Shown here in pieces: positions 39,740 to 48,498 of a stretch of DNA of 64,000 bases. The number at the start of each line of letters is the position of its first letter. Within the stretch, counting starts at the first letter, position 1. A program made the translations under genes and the position numbers. The notes under the pieces were generated by a model. That model saw only the letters and a list, made by a program, of their open reading frames with translations. It was not told where the DNA came from and searched no databases. Origin of the DNA: an uncultured archaeon (GTDB lineage: Archaea; Thermoproteota; Nitrososphaeria; Nitrososphaerales; Gagatemarchaeaceae); contig CAWCYD010000002.1 of assembly GCA_963799775.1 (NCBI GenBank), positions 192,001-256,000 of the forward strand, given 5' to 3'.

Positions 39740-39926
39740 TGCGGAGTTATGCGCCACAGTTGGCTCGCAAGAGAATGATATAAAATGAAAGTTTGTTTGA
39801 AAGCTGAAGATCATTGGAAATTGTTAGCGGGAGAGAAAGAGGGTTTGGGAGAAAAATCGAAGATTTGTCGCCCCCGAAGCGCCGGAGGCGCGAGGGCTCT
39901 CTTTCATTCAAAGGTAATGTGACAGG

Positions 39927-41012
39927 TCAGACTGCGCCTAGGTTTTGGAGGAGCTGCGAGAGAGAGGTTTTTTCTCCCTGGTCGTTCGACGCCGCAAGTC
40001 GCTTCCACGCGTCATTCTCAAACTTAGCAAGGTACTTGTCCTTTCTCTTCCCGTGATATGTTGAACTTGCTTGGCTTGAACCTTGGAAGTAATTTATTAT
40101 CGGAAAAACACTATTGGGGTTGGGAAAGACTTTCCAAGCATACTCGTAAATCTCATCATCGAAGTCTCCAATGTTGTACCTTCCGAGAAGTTCCAAGGCC
40201 ATGGCCTTTTCACCAGAAGATCTGGCGTCGTCCAGAATTTGTTGTTTTAGTAATTGTGAATATTTCTTCTCGTGAGCCGCTTCCAGTTTGTTAGACGTTC
40301 GATACAGTGCATTGACAAAGTCAGAAATTGGTTTCTCTTGGACCGGAATTTCTTTGTTCGACACCAGGCCGAAGACAAGATCGATCATTTGTAAATCGTA
40401 CTTACTCTCGGCAAGTAGCTTACAAATTGCTCTGACAGCTAGGAAGCGAGTGTTGGGATTTTCAAGTTTTGGGTAATAGTATCCTTCAGCCCTCTTCCGA
40501 ATTTCGTTCAAATTAGCGTCCCTCAGAATATCCTTTGGTTCACTAGCTCTCCTCAAGTTGCTGATCAGTTTGGAGTAAATCCTGAGGGTTCTGACCGAGA
40601 TTCGATGGTAGACCGAAACCCCTGTAATGTCATTCAGTATCTTCGTCCAAGATTCAATTTCGATGGGGACCTCATCGTTTAGTTTCTCGCGGACCTTTTG
40701 GAATAATGGAATGCCGCTGATAATGCTCTCGTAATCTTGCTTTGTGGGATTCTCGAGCAGTCGATTTGCCAATTCCGTCAATTCAAAGGTGTCCCTCCGT
40801 CCATGCAAGAGACCGTACCGAACGAGCGATGCTATCTTCTGCCTGAACATCCCACTGTTTGGCGATTTGTGTCCCTCGGCCAGTGCGAAGGCTATCATCC
40901 TGCTACGCTCGACCTTTCCGCCGAAGTCATGAGCTATGTCAGATATCATTTTCCGAGCTTGTTCGATGTCGATGTCTGGATAGAGAAACTGCGTCTTTGG
41001 GATTTGGCCCAT
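39927..41012 (-). CDS. hypothetical protein (N-terminal wHTH-like, C-terminal helical)
   Basis: 361-aa ORF; GHKSPNSGMFRQKIASLVRYGLL...ELTELA. Confidence 0.65.
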   Translation of the reverse strand: MGQIPKTQFLYPDIDIEQARKMISDIAHDFGGKVERSRMIAFALAEGHKSPNSGMFRQKIASLVRYGLLHGRRDTFELTELANRLLENPTKQDYESIISGIPLFQKVREKLNDEVPIEIESWTKILNDITGVSVYHRISVRTLRIYSKLISNLRRASEPKDILRDANLNEIRKRAEGYYYPKLENPNTRFLAVRAICKLLAESKYDLQMIDLVFGLVSNKEIPVQEKPISDFVNALYRTSNKLEAAHEKKYSQLLKQQILDDARSSGEKAMALELLGRYNIGDFDDEIYEYAWKVFPNPNSVFPIINYFQGSSQASSTYHGKRKDKYLAKFENDAWKRLAASNDQGEKTSLSQLLQNLGAV

Positions 41013-41129
41013 ACTGAAGTATCGACTCGAAAACTGCGGCTATTTATGGTTTCACTGAAGATGAACAGTCAACCGTCACTGGAAAGGCACAGTGCATTTA
41101 TATTGTGGCCGGCGACACCAAATGGTAAC

Positions 41130-41354
41130 ATGGGGGAAGGCAACCCTTCTCGTCGAAGCAAGTTCCCAGTTTCAAGGAGGCGGCGCGATCGGGAATGGGC
41201 CTACGAACTATTGACCCTCTACGTCGTTTCGTTCGGAGTGGCGACGGCAATAATCCTATCCGGAATTGATTCTTTATTGAAGATAGTATTGATTCTAGTC
41301 TTCTTGGTTGGATTGCTCGCAGCTTCTCTAATCATGGTTGTAGTTCGAAGGTAG
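41130..41354 (+). CDS. small two-helix membrane protein
   Basis: Two TM helices; TTTATA box upstream. Confidence 0.45.
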   Translation: MGEGNPSRRSKFPVSRRRRDREWAYELLTLYVVSFGVATAIILSGIDSLLKIVLILVFLVGLLAASLIMVVVRR

Positions 41355-41760
41355 TGGGTGCCCAACGGGACAACCGCGGACAACTCCGGAGGAGACCTCC
41401 AGAATAGGAGCAAAGACCATTGGAGCATAAATATCAAGGCGGTATACCATTCCGTTGATGATGAAGCCTGCGCACGACAAAAGCAGGTTCCATACGGATA
41501 ACCGGATGAATCCCTTCCGACTCAGTTGACTTTGATTATGTGACGCAAGATCCGGTTATCTGCCCGAATTTGAATGTAATCAAGTGTAAGAACCTGCAAC
41601 CGCACCTATCGCTACGCAGCAAATCCGCCGGACCCTGATGATGCCACGACGGGATCCGGAACGCATCTCATGTTGCCAGGCATTCATAATGTGTTTTTAG
41701 TAGGTCAGATTCCCCTAATCTCTTTAGCCGCATCCCGTTGAGGCTTATACAGGGGGCAGG

Positions 41761-43071
41761 TTGGAACATCCTTCTTCCGGCAAGAAAGAGGACTCCGAGA
41801 GTTCAATTGACTCGTTGGGCAGCTTCTACCAAATAATCCCGAGACGCGACTGGCCAGGGTTCGCGACTCCATCACTGAAATCCGACTCGGGAAACAAAAC
41901 AGTGTTGTTTCTGGGTGCTGGGGCATCCGCATGTGAAGTAGTTCCGGTTCAGGGTCGGCTCTTGCACTACGCAGAGAAATATTGCTCTCCCAAGTCGAAA
42001 ATCGGACTCGATCTAGACTGGAAGATTGTCGTCAAATTCCTGCAGCGCTTGGCTCCGGGCGTACCTATTGACCGAAGGCAGCTAGAAGACTGCCTCACCT
42101 TTCTGGACAAGGCTGAAGTCTCGCAGGAGGTGATAGCAGGATTCGGTCGACTTGGCCTCGTCGAGCCGCGCCGCGCGCTCATGAACTGCATTTCACATAC
42201 AATTGCGGCCGCGCAAAGGGGACAGCTCGACCTTGAGGGGCAGGAGCTCGCCTCCCGGCGTCGCCAAACGCCGATGGTAAAATTGGGTAAATTCCTCCGG
42301 AAAGAGGCGAAGACCGTACGTGGCAGGTGGTCCATCGTCTCAACCAACTGGGACACGACCCTCGACTTCGCTCTAGGCGGGAAAGCGTCCTCGGTAATCG
42401 ACTATTGCACTTACACGAATCCATGGGAGCGTTACTACAGAGACCTCGAAGACGAGAGTGACCGTTCCCGAACTCGTGTAAGAGAGGTTCCTTCAATCTG
42501 GAAGCGTCCGCTTGGCCGCCCAACGGTCAAACTTCTGAAATTACATGGCTCACTCAACTGGCTGTGGTGCCCGACCTGCAGCCGTCTGTTCGTGAGTTCG
42601 ACTCACAATATTGGCTTGCGTGGCACGGTCAGGAGCGGCCTAAAGCCGTACCGACGACGATTCTATTGTCCCGAATGTAGAATCATCGCTGGTAGTGATT
42701 ATCGCGCTCCAATCCTGCGTGAGGTCCTGGTGACCCCGACGATGCTGAAGCGCCTCGACATGGTGCATCTGCGAATGATTTGGTACAACGCGCTAGTCGA
42801 GATTGCGGAGGCCAAACGCGTAATCTTCGTCGGATACACCGCACCTTTAGCCGATTTTGAGTTGCGTTACATGCTTGCGAAAGCCTTCTCTGTTCGGCAA
42901 ACTCGGCCAAAGGTGTATGTCATTTCACGAGGCCAGGAAGACCCAGAACAACTGAAGAAACTGCAGGAGCTAAAGGAGAATTACGAGGGGCTCTTAGGTG
43001 ATAGTGTGGAGTCGAGAGGATATGGTGTCGACGGCTTGGTAGACCGTCTCGTAAAGGGCGACGCACTATAG
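41761..43071 (+). CDS. SIR2-family protein with zinc-binding insert
   Basis: VLFLGAGAS, IVSTNWD, LLKLHGSLNW-CPTC..CPEC, IFVGY...DFE. Confidence 0.85.
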   Translation: MEHPSSGKKEDSESSIDSLGSFYQIIPRRDWPGFATPSLKSDSGNKTVLFLGAGASACEVVPVQGRLLHYAEKYCSPKSKIGLDLDWKIVVKFLQRLAPGVPIDRRQLEDCLTFLDKAEVSQEVIAGFGRLGLVEPRRALMNCISHTIAAAQRGQLDLEGQELASRRRQTPMVKLGKFLRKEAKTVRGRWSIVSTNWDTTLDFALGGKASSVIDYCTYTNPWERYYRDLEDESDRSRTRVREVPSIWKRPLGRPTVKLLKLHGSLNWLWCPTCSRLFVSSTHNIGLRGTVRSGLKPYRRRFYCPECRIIAGSDYRAPILREVLVTPTMLKRLDMVHLRMIWYNALVEIAEAKRVIFVGYTAPLADFELRYMLAKAFSVRQTRPKVYVISRGQEDPEQLKKLQELKENYEGLLGDSVESRGYGVDGLVDRLVKGDAL

Positions 43072-43082
43072 CGGTCAGTGAA

Positions 43083-43113
43083 TGGCAACCAGGGTTCAAA
43101 TCCCTGCGACCGC
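43083..43113 (+). repeat. isolated tRNA 3' half (Gly-like), plus strand
   Basis: CAGGG-TTCAAAT-CCCTG-CGACCGC: complete T arm plus acceptor 3' strand, no D or anticodon arm. Confidence 0.7.
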
Positions 43114-43269
43114 GTCCGCCTTGATTTGAACACACATATGTAGGCCAACATCCTGCCTTCGACATCTGGCGGGTTGGCGCTTATATTCAAGGCAAGTAAT
43201 CTATTCCGCATGCCCAAACCTACCGAACCGCAGTCGAAGAGCAACGAGGGGATTCGGACTCGAGCGGAG

Positions 43270-43309
43270 GCGGGCCCGACGGGATTCGCTTAATGTTCTA
43301 AGCGAATCC
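43270..43309 (-). repeat. att-like tRNA(Lys-type) 3'-end copy with 11-bp hairpin
   Basis: GCGGGCCCGACGGGATTCG, 18/19 identical to the tRNA-Lys end at 45725; ggattcgctta-N6-taagcgaatcc. Confidence 0.85.
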
Positions 43310-43361
43310 AGCCGTGACGTACGGGAGTTAATGCGGAGCCGGACTCGACTCGTGGGGAATT

Positions 43362-43526
43362 CTAGTGAGTCGCCCTTTGTTCCAGCTTTGCAATCCGTCT
43401 TTCAAAGCCTTCGAGCCGCTTGACCACGCTCGTCTCGGTTTCATGGTGGCCATAGACGTGCTCTGTGAGTTCTTTGAAGAGCTCGGCCAGATTTGCCATC
43501 TCCTCCTTTAGTTGTTTGTCTGCCAA
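43362..43526 (-). CDS. 54-aa coiled-coil protein
   Basis: MADKQLKEEMANLAELFKELTEHVYGHHETETSVVKRLEGFERRIAKLEQRATH; GGTGAGG upstream. Confidence 0.55.
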   Translation of the reverse strand: MADKQLKEEMANLAELFKELTEHVYGHHETETSVVKRLEGFERRIAKLEQRATH

Positions 43527-43579
43527 TCTTATTCCTCACCCCTCATGATTCCGACCCTGCTATAGGTTTGACCTGTGTT

Positions 43580-43626
43580 GACAGCCCGACGGGCCCCGCG
43601 CCTGAATAGATTCTGAAAGTAGATTC
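43580..43626 (-). repeat. att-like tRNA(Lys-type) copy + conserved arm
   Basis: gacaGCCCGACGGG-ccccgcg-CCTGAAtagaTTCTgAAAGTaGATTC. Confidence 0.75.
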
Positions 43627-43956
43627 CTCCTTTTTGTCGGGGAGGTGCGCATCGAGCCTCTCGAAGAACGAGTGAGTGCCTGGGGCGAACCCGAGAGCCG
43701 TCATCCTGTGTAGGTTCGGGTGCTCGAGCTGCAGCATCGTCCCCTCACGTTCCCCTTCGAAGCTCCCATCGAATCACCCCATCCTCCCCAGACGGAAGTC
43801 CGGGTCGGGGCTCGACTCTCAACTCATGTTCGAAGACACGCGGAGGGGCCCACTTTAGGATCTTACCCGTGACTGACCCCCGACTTCCTCGGACGAGAGA
43901 CCAGGTCACAAAGGAGGATTCGCCAACTCTATATTCTCCCAGCCCCCCGCCGTGCC

Positions 43957-44556
43957 GTGATGGACTCTCGACCTGAAGGAGGCTCGAGAAGGGCCAGGGC
44001 GTTGGTGGCCGTCGGGCTTTTGGCCCTGGTGCTGATCGTGGCCATAGGTTACGGCGTGTATACCTCCACCCCGGTTCGCACGAGTTCGTCCGTCCTCACC
44101 AGCCCTGTCTTGAGCACGAGCAGTCTTGCGACGGAGGCCACGCTATCTTCGAATGGTTCGGCTTCGCCCTCCGGCTTAACGATAACTTACATGTACGCAG
44201 ACATAGATGACCCAGGCGCGCCTTATCCTTACAGCAACGGCTCATCGATAGCCGATGAGAGCACATTCACAGGAGGTTCAGGACAAGAGATCTCGGTACT
44301 GTTCCAGGTGATCTACCAAGACTGCTCGCTTGGGTGCCCGAACACCGTGACCAGAGTGACCACGCCGACGCCGGGGTTCGAGGTCACTGGAACCTCCCCC
44401 GCGGTCGCAGTTCCCTTCCAGCAGTGTGGAATCTGCACCGATGGCGACTCGTCTATCGTCACCTCGACGGGGGAGGAGATCGCGATTGCGGTGAATGTCA
44501 TGCCTCCCTCGACGCCTTACTCAGGGACCCTGACTCTCGTCGCAGAGACAGGCTAG
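43957..44556 (+). CDS. secreted/membrane-anchored protein
   Basis: Basic N-terminus, TM helix, S/T linker, beta-rich Cys-containing domain. Confidence 0.65.
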   Translation: MMDSRPEGGSRRARALVAVGLLALVLIVAIGYGVYTSTPVRTSSSVLTSPVLSTSSLATEATLSSNGSASPSGLTITYMYADIDDPGAPYPYSNGSSIADESTFTGGSGQEISVLFQVIYQDCSLGCPNTVTRVTTPTPGFEVTGTSPAVAVPFQQCGICTDGDSSIVTSTGEEIAIAVNVMPPSTPYSGTLTLVAETG

Positions 44557-44938
44557 ACATGCTGGATCTCGGCCGGCCGTCAGCCTCTTACCCAGGCTGA
44601 GTCGGCGAAGCTCTCGACGCTCCGATAGACGGCGTCGGCGGGTGGGGAGTATGGCCCCTTTCTTATCTGACGAAGCGCACGCCGACCGCTCGCGCGGCCT
44701 TCAGGTCGTTTATCCTGTCACCGACGAAGAGAGAGTCCTTCAGGTCGGCTTGGAGGCTGTCGAGCGCCCGCCATCCCACCCTGTCTGCCGTCTATCACAG
44801 CCTGAGTCATGTACCAACCAGCAAGCTCCGACATCCATGGGGCGAGTCATATCTTGCACACCCAGTTCGCAGCCTGCTCCCGGGAGTTGAACGCACCTGC
44901 TCGTTGATACGATGAGATGAGATCTCGGCTAATTATCA

Positions 44939-44959
44939 GCGGGCCCCCACGGGATACGA
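44939..44959 (-). repeat. att-like tRNA(Lys-type) copy (degenerate)
   Basis: gcgggcccccacgggatacga versus tRNA gcgggccctacgggattcga. Confidence 0.65.
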
Positions 44960-45155
44960 TTAAACAATAAGCGACTACTAATCGTACAAGGGAGCTCAGC
45001 TTTGGTTCAAGTTCCTGCGATATCGCACCTAGGGCCATTTCTTTTCCGAGGCGCTGTCTGGTTTTCGTTGGTCTAGGTGCGAGCAGGGATTTCGCTCCGA
45101 AAGACGACTGGACAGAAACTATTAATCACCGAAGTCTTCGATTTTCTCACACACA

Positions 45156-45655
45156 ATGGTCACTCAACCTCCTGCCGCCCCTGCGTCTGACTCGGAAAAA
45201 GCTGCTGAGAAACCGAGGATAGCGAGGAGGACGATAGCAATAATCGCGATAGTTGTTATCGTCGCGGTCGCTGGACTCGGGTCCTCTTGTCAGGCTCTTC
45301 TTCGTCCCTCAGGCAGAGCACGACGGTCTACGTCGACTCCTCGAGCACCTGCAAGGCCTTGACCACCACGTTTTCCTGCACGGTCCTCCTAGACGCCAAC
45401 TCGGGAAGTACGGTGACCGCGTCTATGGTAAAGTCAATGTCGATAAACGGCACAAGTGTTACTCCTACTGTGGGAACGGCGGGCAAGTCAGTCAGTGTTG
45501 CGGCTAGCCTGCCCATTGAAGGGCCGGGCTGCATTTCTGGCTGCCCCCCCCAGGCTGGCATCAACAACACTCCCAAGGAGGGAATCGTGGTCGTCGACCT
45601 CAACGATGGGACAGAGGTATCGGTGACGCTCGGCGCGGGCGGAATCATCAGATGA
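45156..45655 (+). CDS. secreted/membrane-anchored protein (frameshift near 45285)
   Basis: TM helix in ORF 45156, beta-rich domain in ORF 45287..45655. Confidence 0.6.
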
Positions 45656-45725
45656 GATCTCGACCAATCTGCCTCTGAGAACACCTATTCAGTTAACTTC
45701 CAAGAATAGTTGAGTGCAAAAAAGG

Positions 45726-45840
45726 CGGGCCCTACGGGATTCGAACCCGCGTCGGGGGTCCGACGACCTGACCCTCGGGTTAAAAGCCCGATGCTCTATC
45801 CTGGCTTCTCTCCCCTTTCAGGGAACTGAGCTAAGGGCCC
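45726..45840 (-). tRNA. tRNA-Lys(UUU) with two non-canonical introns (~21 nt in the D loop; ~19 nt at the variable loop/T-stem junction)
   Basis: GGGCCCT acceptor/AGGGCCC-G, D stem GCTC/GAGC, anticodon arm TCGGG-CTTTTAA-CCCGA, intact TTCGAAT T loop, T-run terminator downstream. Confidence 0.9.
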
Positions 45841-45975
45841 GCCACTCACGCATCGCATTGAGCCCTATTTTACCGAGAAGAGCATCGGGGCCGGCGAATT
45901 CGGTGACATCTTCGTGAAAAATCCGAGCCCGGAATCGATTTTGTTTTTAAACGTCTGTTTCCGACTCGGCCCAAG

Positions 45976-47538
45976 ATGCCTGTCTGGAAGACCTTCAGGC
46001 ACAACGGGATCGCATTCCCCGACCCCTTCCTTCCCAAGGGTCTCACCGTAAGAGTCTCTGGGGAGCTGGTGAGGCTTTCTCCTATCGCGGAGGAGATGGC
46101 CTACCAATTCGCCAAGAAGAAGGACACGCCTTACGTTCAGGACCCAGTATTCCGTTCCAATTTCATGAAGTATTTCGTAAAGGAGCTTCCGCCTCCGGCG
46201 ACGAAGCAGACGAAGTTCGACGACGTCAACTTCTCTGAGCTCTACAAACTAGTCGATCAGGAGAAGATGCAGAAGGAGACTATGACCAAGGAGGCGAAGA
46301 AGTCCTTGGCCGCTTCTCGAAAGGAGAAGAGGGAAGCTCTTCGCGCGAAATTCGGCAAAGCGCTCCTCGACGGGAAGGAGATTGAGGTCGCCAACTGGAT
46401 GGCCGAGCCCCCCGGCCTATTCATGGGACGAGGGGCGCACCCGTTCAGGGGAAGTTGGAAGCCGCGAATAGGGCCGGCCGACGTGACGCTCAACCTGGAC
46501 AAGGCAGCGCCAGTCCCACCGGGAGGCTACACGGTGGTCAACGACGACGAGTCCATTTGGATCGCACGATGGATCGACAAGCTCACGGAGAAGGAGAAGT
46601 ACGTCTGGCCGCACGAGAGCTCCCACATCCAGCAGTCCCGGAACAAGGACAAGTACGACAAGGCGCTGAAAGTAGGTGCAAAGCTGCCCAAGATCCAAGC
46701 TACCATCCGGCAGAAGCTCGGTGCCAGAGAAGCCACCGACCGGAAGATAGCAACAGTCTGCTACCTCATCGACGAGGTCGGCATGAGGGTCGGCGACGAG
46801 AAGGACGAGGACGAGGCAGACACGGTCGGCGCGACCACCCTCAGGGTGGAGCACGTCAAGAGGCTGGACGAACAGGCGATTGAGTTCGACTTTCTAGGGA
46901 AGGACAGCGTGAGGTGGGTGAAGACGCTCCGCAACCCAGACCCGCAGCTCGTTGCCAACATCAAAAAGTTCACTTCGGGCAAGAAGCCCGACTCGCAGAT
47001 ATTCGACGGAGTGACGTCGAGCATGGTGAACCGCTTCCTCTCAGAGATCGTTGCCGGGGCCAGCGCGAAGGTCTTCATGACATACCACGCGACCCGGACC
47101 GTCCAGGAGGCGCTGAAGGCGAAGGACATGAGGGTGGCAGACGACCTCGACAAGCTCTACTTTGCAAAGGAGGCGAACCTCGCCGCGGCCGTCTTCTGCA
47201 ACCACAAGCGAACACCGCCCAAGACGTGGGAGGAGTCCCTCAAGAAGAAGGAGGAGAAGCTGGCCGAGTACAGGGCCAAGGGGAACGAGGCGAGGATAAG
47301 GAAGATGGAGAGGGACATCGACCTCACGAAGAGGACCAAGGAGTACAACCTGAACACTTCGATGAAGAACTACATCGACCCGATGAACCTTCAGGTCCTG
47401 GTGCGACGAGGTGGGTCTCGACTGGGGCAAGCTCTACTCAAAGTCCCTCCAGAGGAAGTTCTCCTGGGTCGGGCTACCGAAGAAGCAGTCTACGGCAGAG
47501 GAGAGCTTCTCGCCAGCCCCAGAGATGAAGAACCCTAA
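45976..47538 (+). CDS. DNA topoisomerase IB (frameshift near 47385)
   Basis: EPPGLFMGRGAHP, MRVGDEK, DFLGKDS, AKVF, CNHKR, TSMKNYIDP; canonical WC...KF.W tail in the shifted frame. Confidence 0.92.
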   Translation: MPVWKTFRHNGIAFPDPFLPKGLTVRVSGELVRLSPIAEEMAYQFAKKKDTPYVQDPVFRSNFMKYFVKELPPPATKQTKFDDVNFSELYKLVDQEKMQKETMTKEAKKSLAASRKEKREALRAKFGKALLDGKEIEVANWMAEPPGLFMGRGAHPFRGSWKPRIGPADVTLNLDKAAPVPPGGYTVVNDDESIWIARWIDKLTEKEKYVWPHESSHIQQSRNKDKYDKALKVGAKLPKIQATIRQKLGAREATDRKIATVCYLIDEVGMRVGDEKDEDEADTVGATTLRVEHVKRLDEQAIEFDFLGKDSVRWVKTLRNPDPQLVANIKKFTSGKKPDSQIFDGVTSSMVNRFLSEIVAGASAKVFMTYHATRTVQEALKAKDMRVADDLDKLYFAKEANLAAAVFCNHKRTPPKTWEESLKKKEEKLAEYRAKGNEARIRKMERDIDLTKRTKEYNLNTSMKNYIDPMNLQVLVRRGGSRLGQALLKVPPEEVLLGRATEEAVYGRGELLASPRDEEP

Positions 47539-48380
47539 CGCCCAGACCCAATGAGCCTTCGAGCCAGGCTCAGGTTCTCCGCGTCCTTCCTGCGGTCGTC
47601 GACCGGGACCTCCATGAGTATCGGGAGCCTCGAGACGTTCCCGTAGCGAAGGAACTCCCTCAACCCCTTCTCCCCGATCATCCCCATGCCTAGGTGCTCG
47701 TGCCTGTCGAGGTGGGCGCCGAGCGGGCCTATCGAGTCGTTGAGGTGCACGACCTTGAGCCTGTCCTTCCCGACCAGTTCCTCGAAGAGGCCCATCGTCC
47801 TCTCCACACCGGCCTTGTTCGATATGTCAAACCCGGCGGCAAACACGTGGCATGTGTCAAGGCACACTCCCACCCTTTCCCGTTCCTTTACCGCATCAAG
47901 AATTAGCCTCAGCTCCTCGAAGCGCGACCCGACGCTGTTCGTCTGCCCCGCCATCGTCTCGATGAGAAGGACCGTATCCCCCGAGTCCGCCCTGAGCGCC
48001 TCGTTGATCGCTCCGGCGACGTTCCGCACCCCGGCCATCGTCCCGGCCCCCATGTGAGAGCCGATGTGGGCGACAAGGTAGTCGATCCCGAGGGTCGAGC
48101 AACGGGCTACCTCCGCCGTCAACGACGCCCTGCTCTTCTTCTGGAAGCCCACGTCCGAGGTCGCGAGGTTCGGGAGGTAGGGCATGTGCCCGACCACCTT
48201 CTTGTAGCCGGCCTTCTTCCTCTTGCTAACGAAGAGCTGGGCCTCCTCCTTGACGAGAGGCGCGAACGCCCATCCTCTAGGGTTCCTTGTGAATATCTGG
48301 AAGGTTGTGCAGTCTATCTCGACGGCCCTGTCGACGGAGAGGTCGATGGAGCCTGATATCGAGACATGAAATCCAAGCAT
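47535..48380 (-). CDS. nfo: endonuclease IV
   Basis: GFHVSI, QIFTRNPR, HMPY, ETMAG, CLDTCH, HLNDS, DRHE. Confidence 0.92.
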   Translation of the reverse strand: MLGFHVSISGSIDLSVDRAVEIDCTTFQIFTRNPRGWAFAPLVKEEAQLFVSKRKKAGYKKVVGHMPYLPNLATSDVGFQKKSRASLTAEVARCSTLGIDYLVAHIGSHMGAGTMAGVRNVAGAINEALRADSGDTVLLIETMAGQTNSVGSRFEELRLILDAVKERERVGVCLDTCHVFAAGFDISNKAGVERTMGLFEELVGKDRLKVVHLNDSIGPLGAHLDRHEHLGMGMIGEKGLREFLRYGNVSRLPILMEVPVDDRRKDAENLSLARRLIGSGR

Positions 48381-48498
48381 GGGCCCTTTTTTCACTCGGG
48401 TCGTCAAAAGAGTAAGGACGTGGGTTTAAGGCTCTTCTCCGTCGGGGGCCCCAAAACCCACAACTGCTTCCGTTTCTATCTTCAGTGGGCAGCTTCGT

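Larger units (their letters stand above)
22796..43288. mobile_element. ~20.5-kb integrase-bearing integrated element bounded by tRNA-Lys-type att repeats
   Basis: Direct repeat GCGGGCCCGACGG at 22796 and 43270; integrase at the left edge; TA, defence and IS cargo. Confidence 0.7.

Noticed and set aside
45976-47538. Eukaryote-like topoisomerase IB as a novelty
   Set aside because: It is an established feature of Thaumarchaeota and is used here only as a taxonomic marker.
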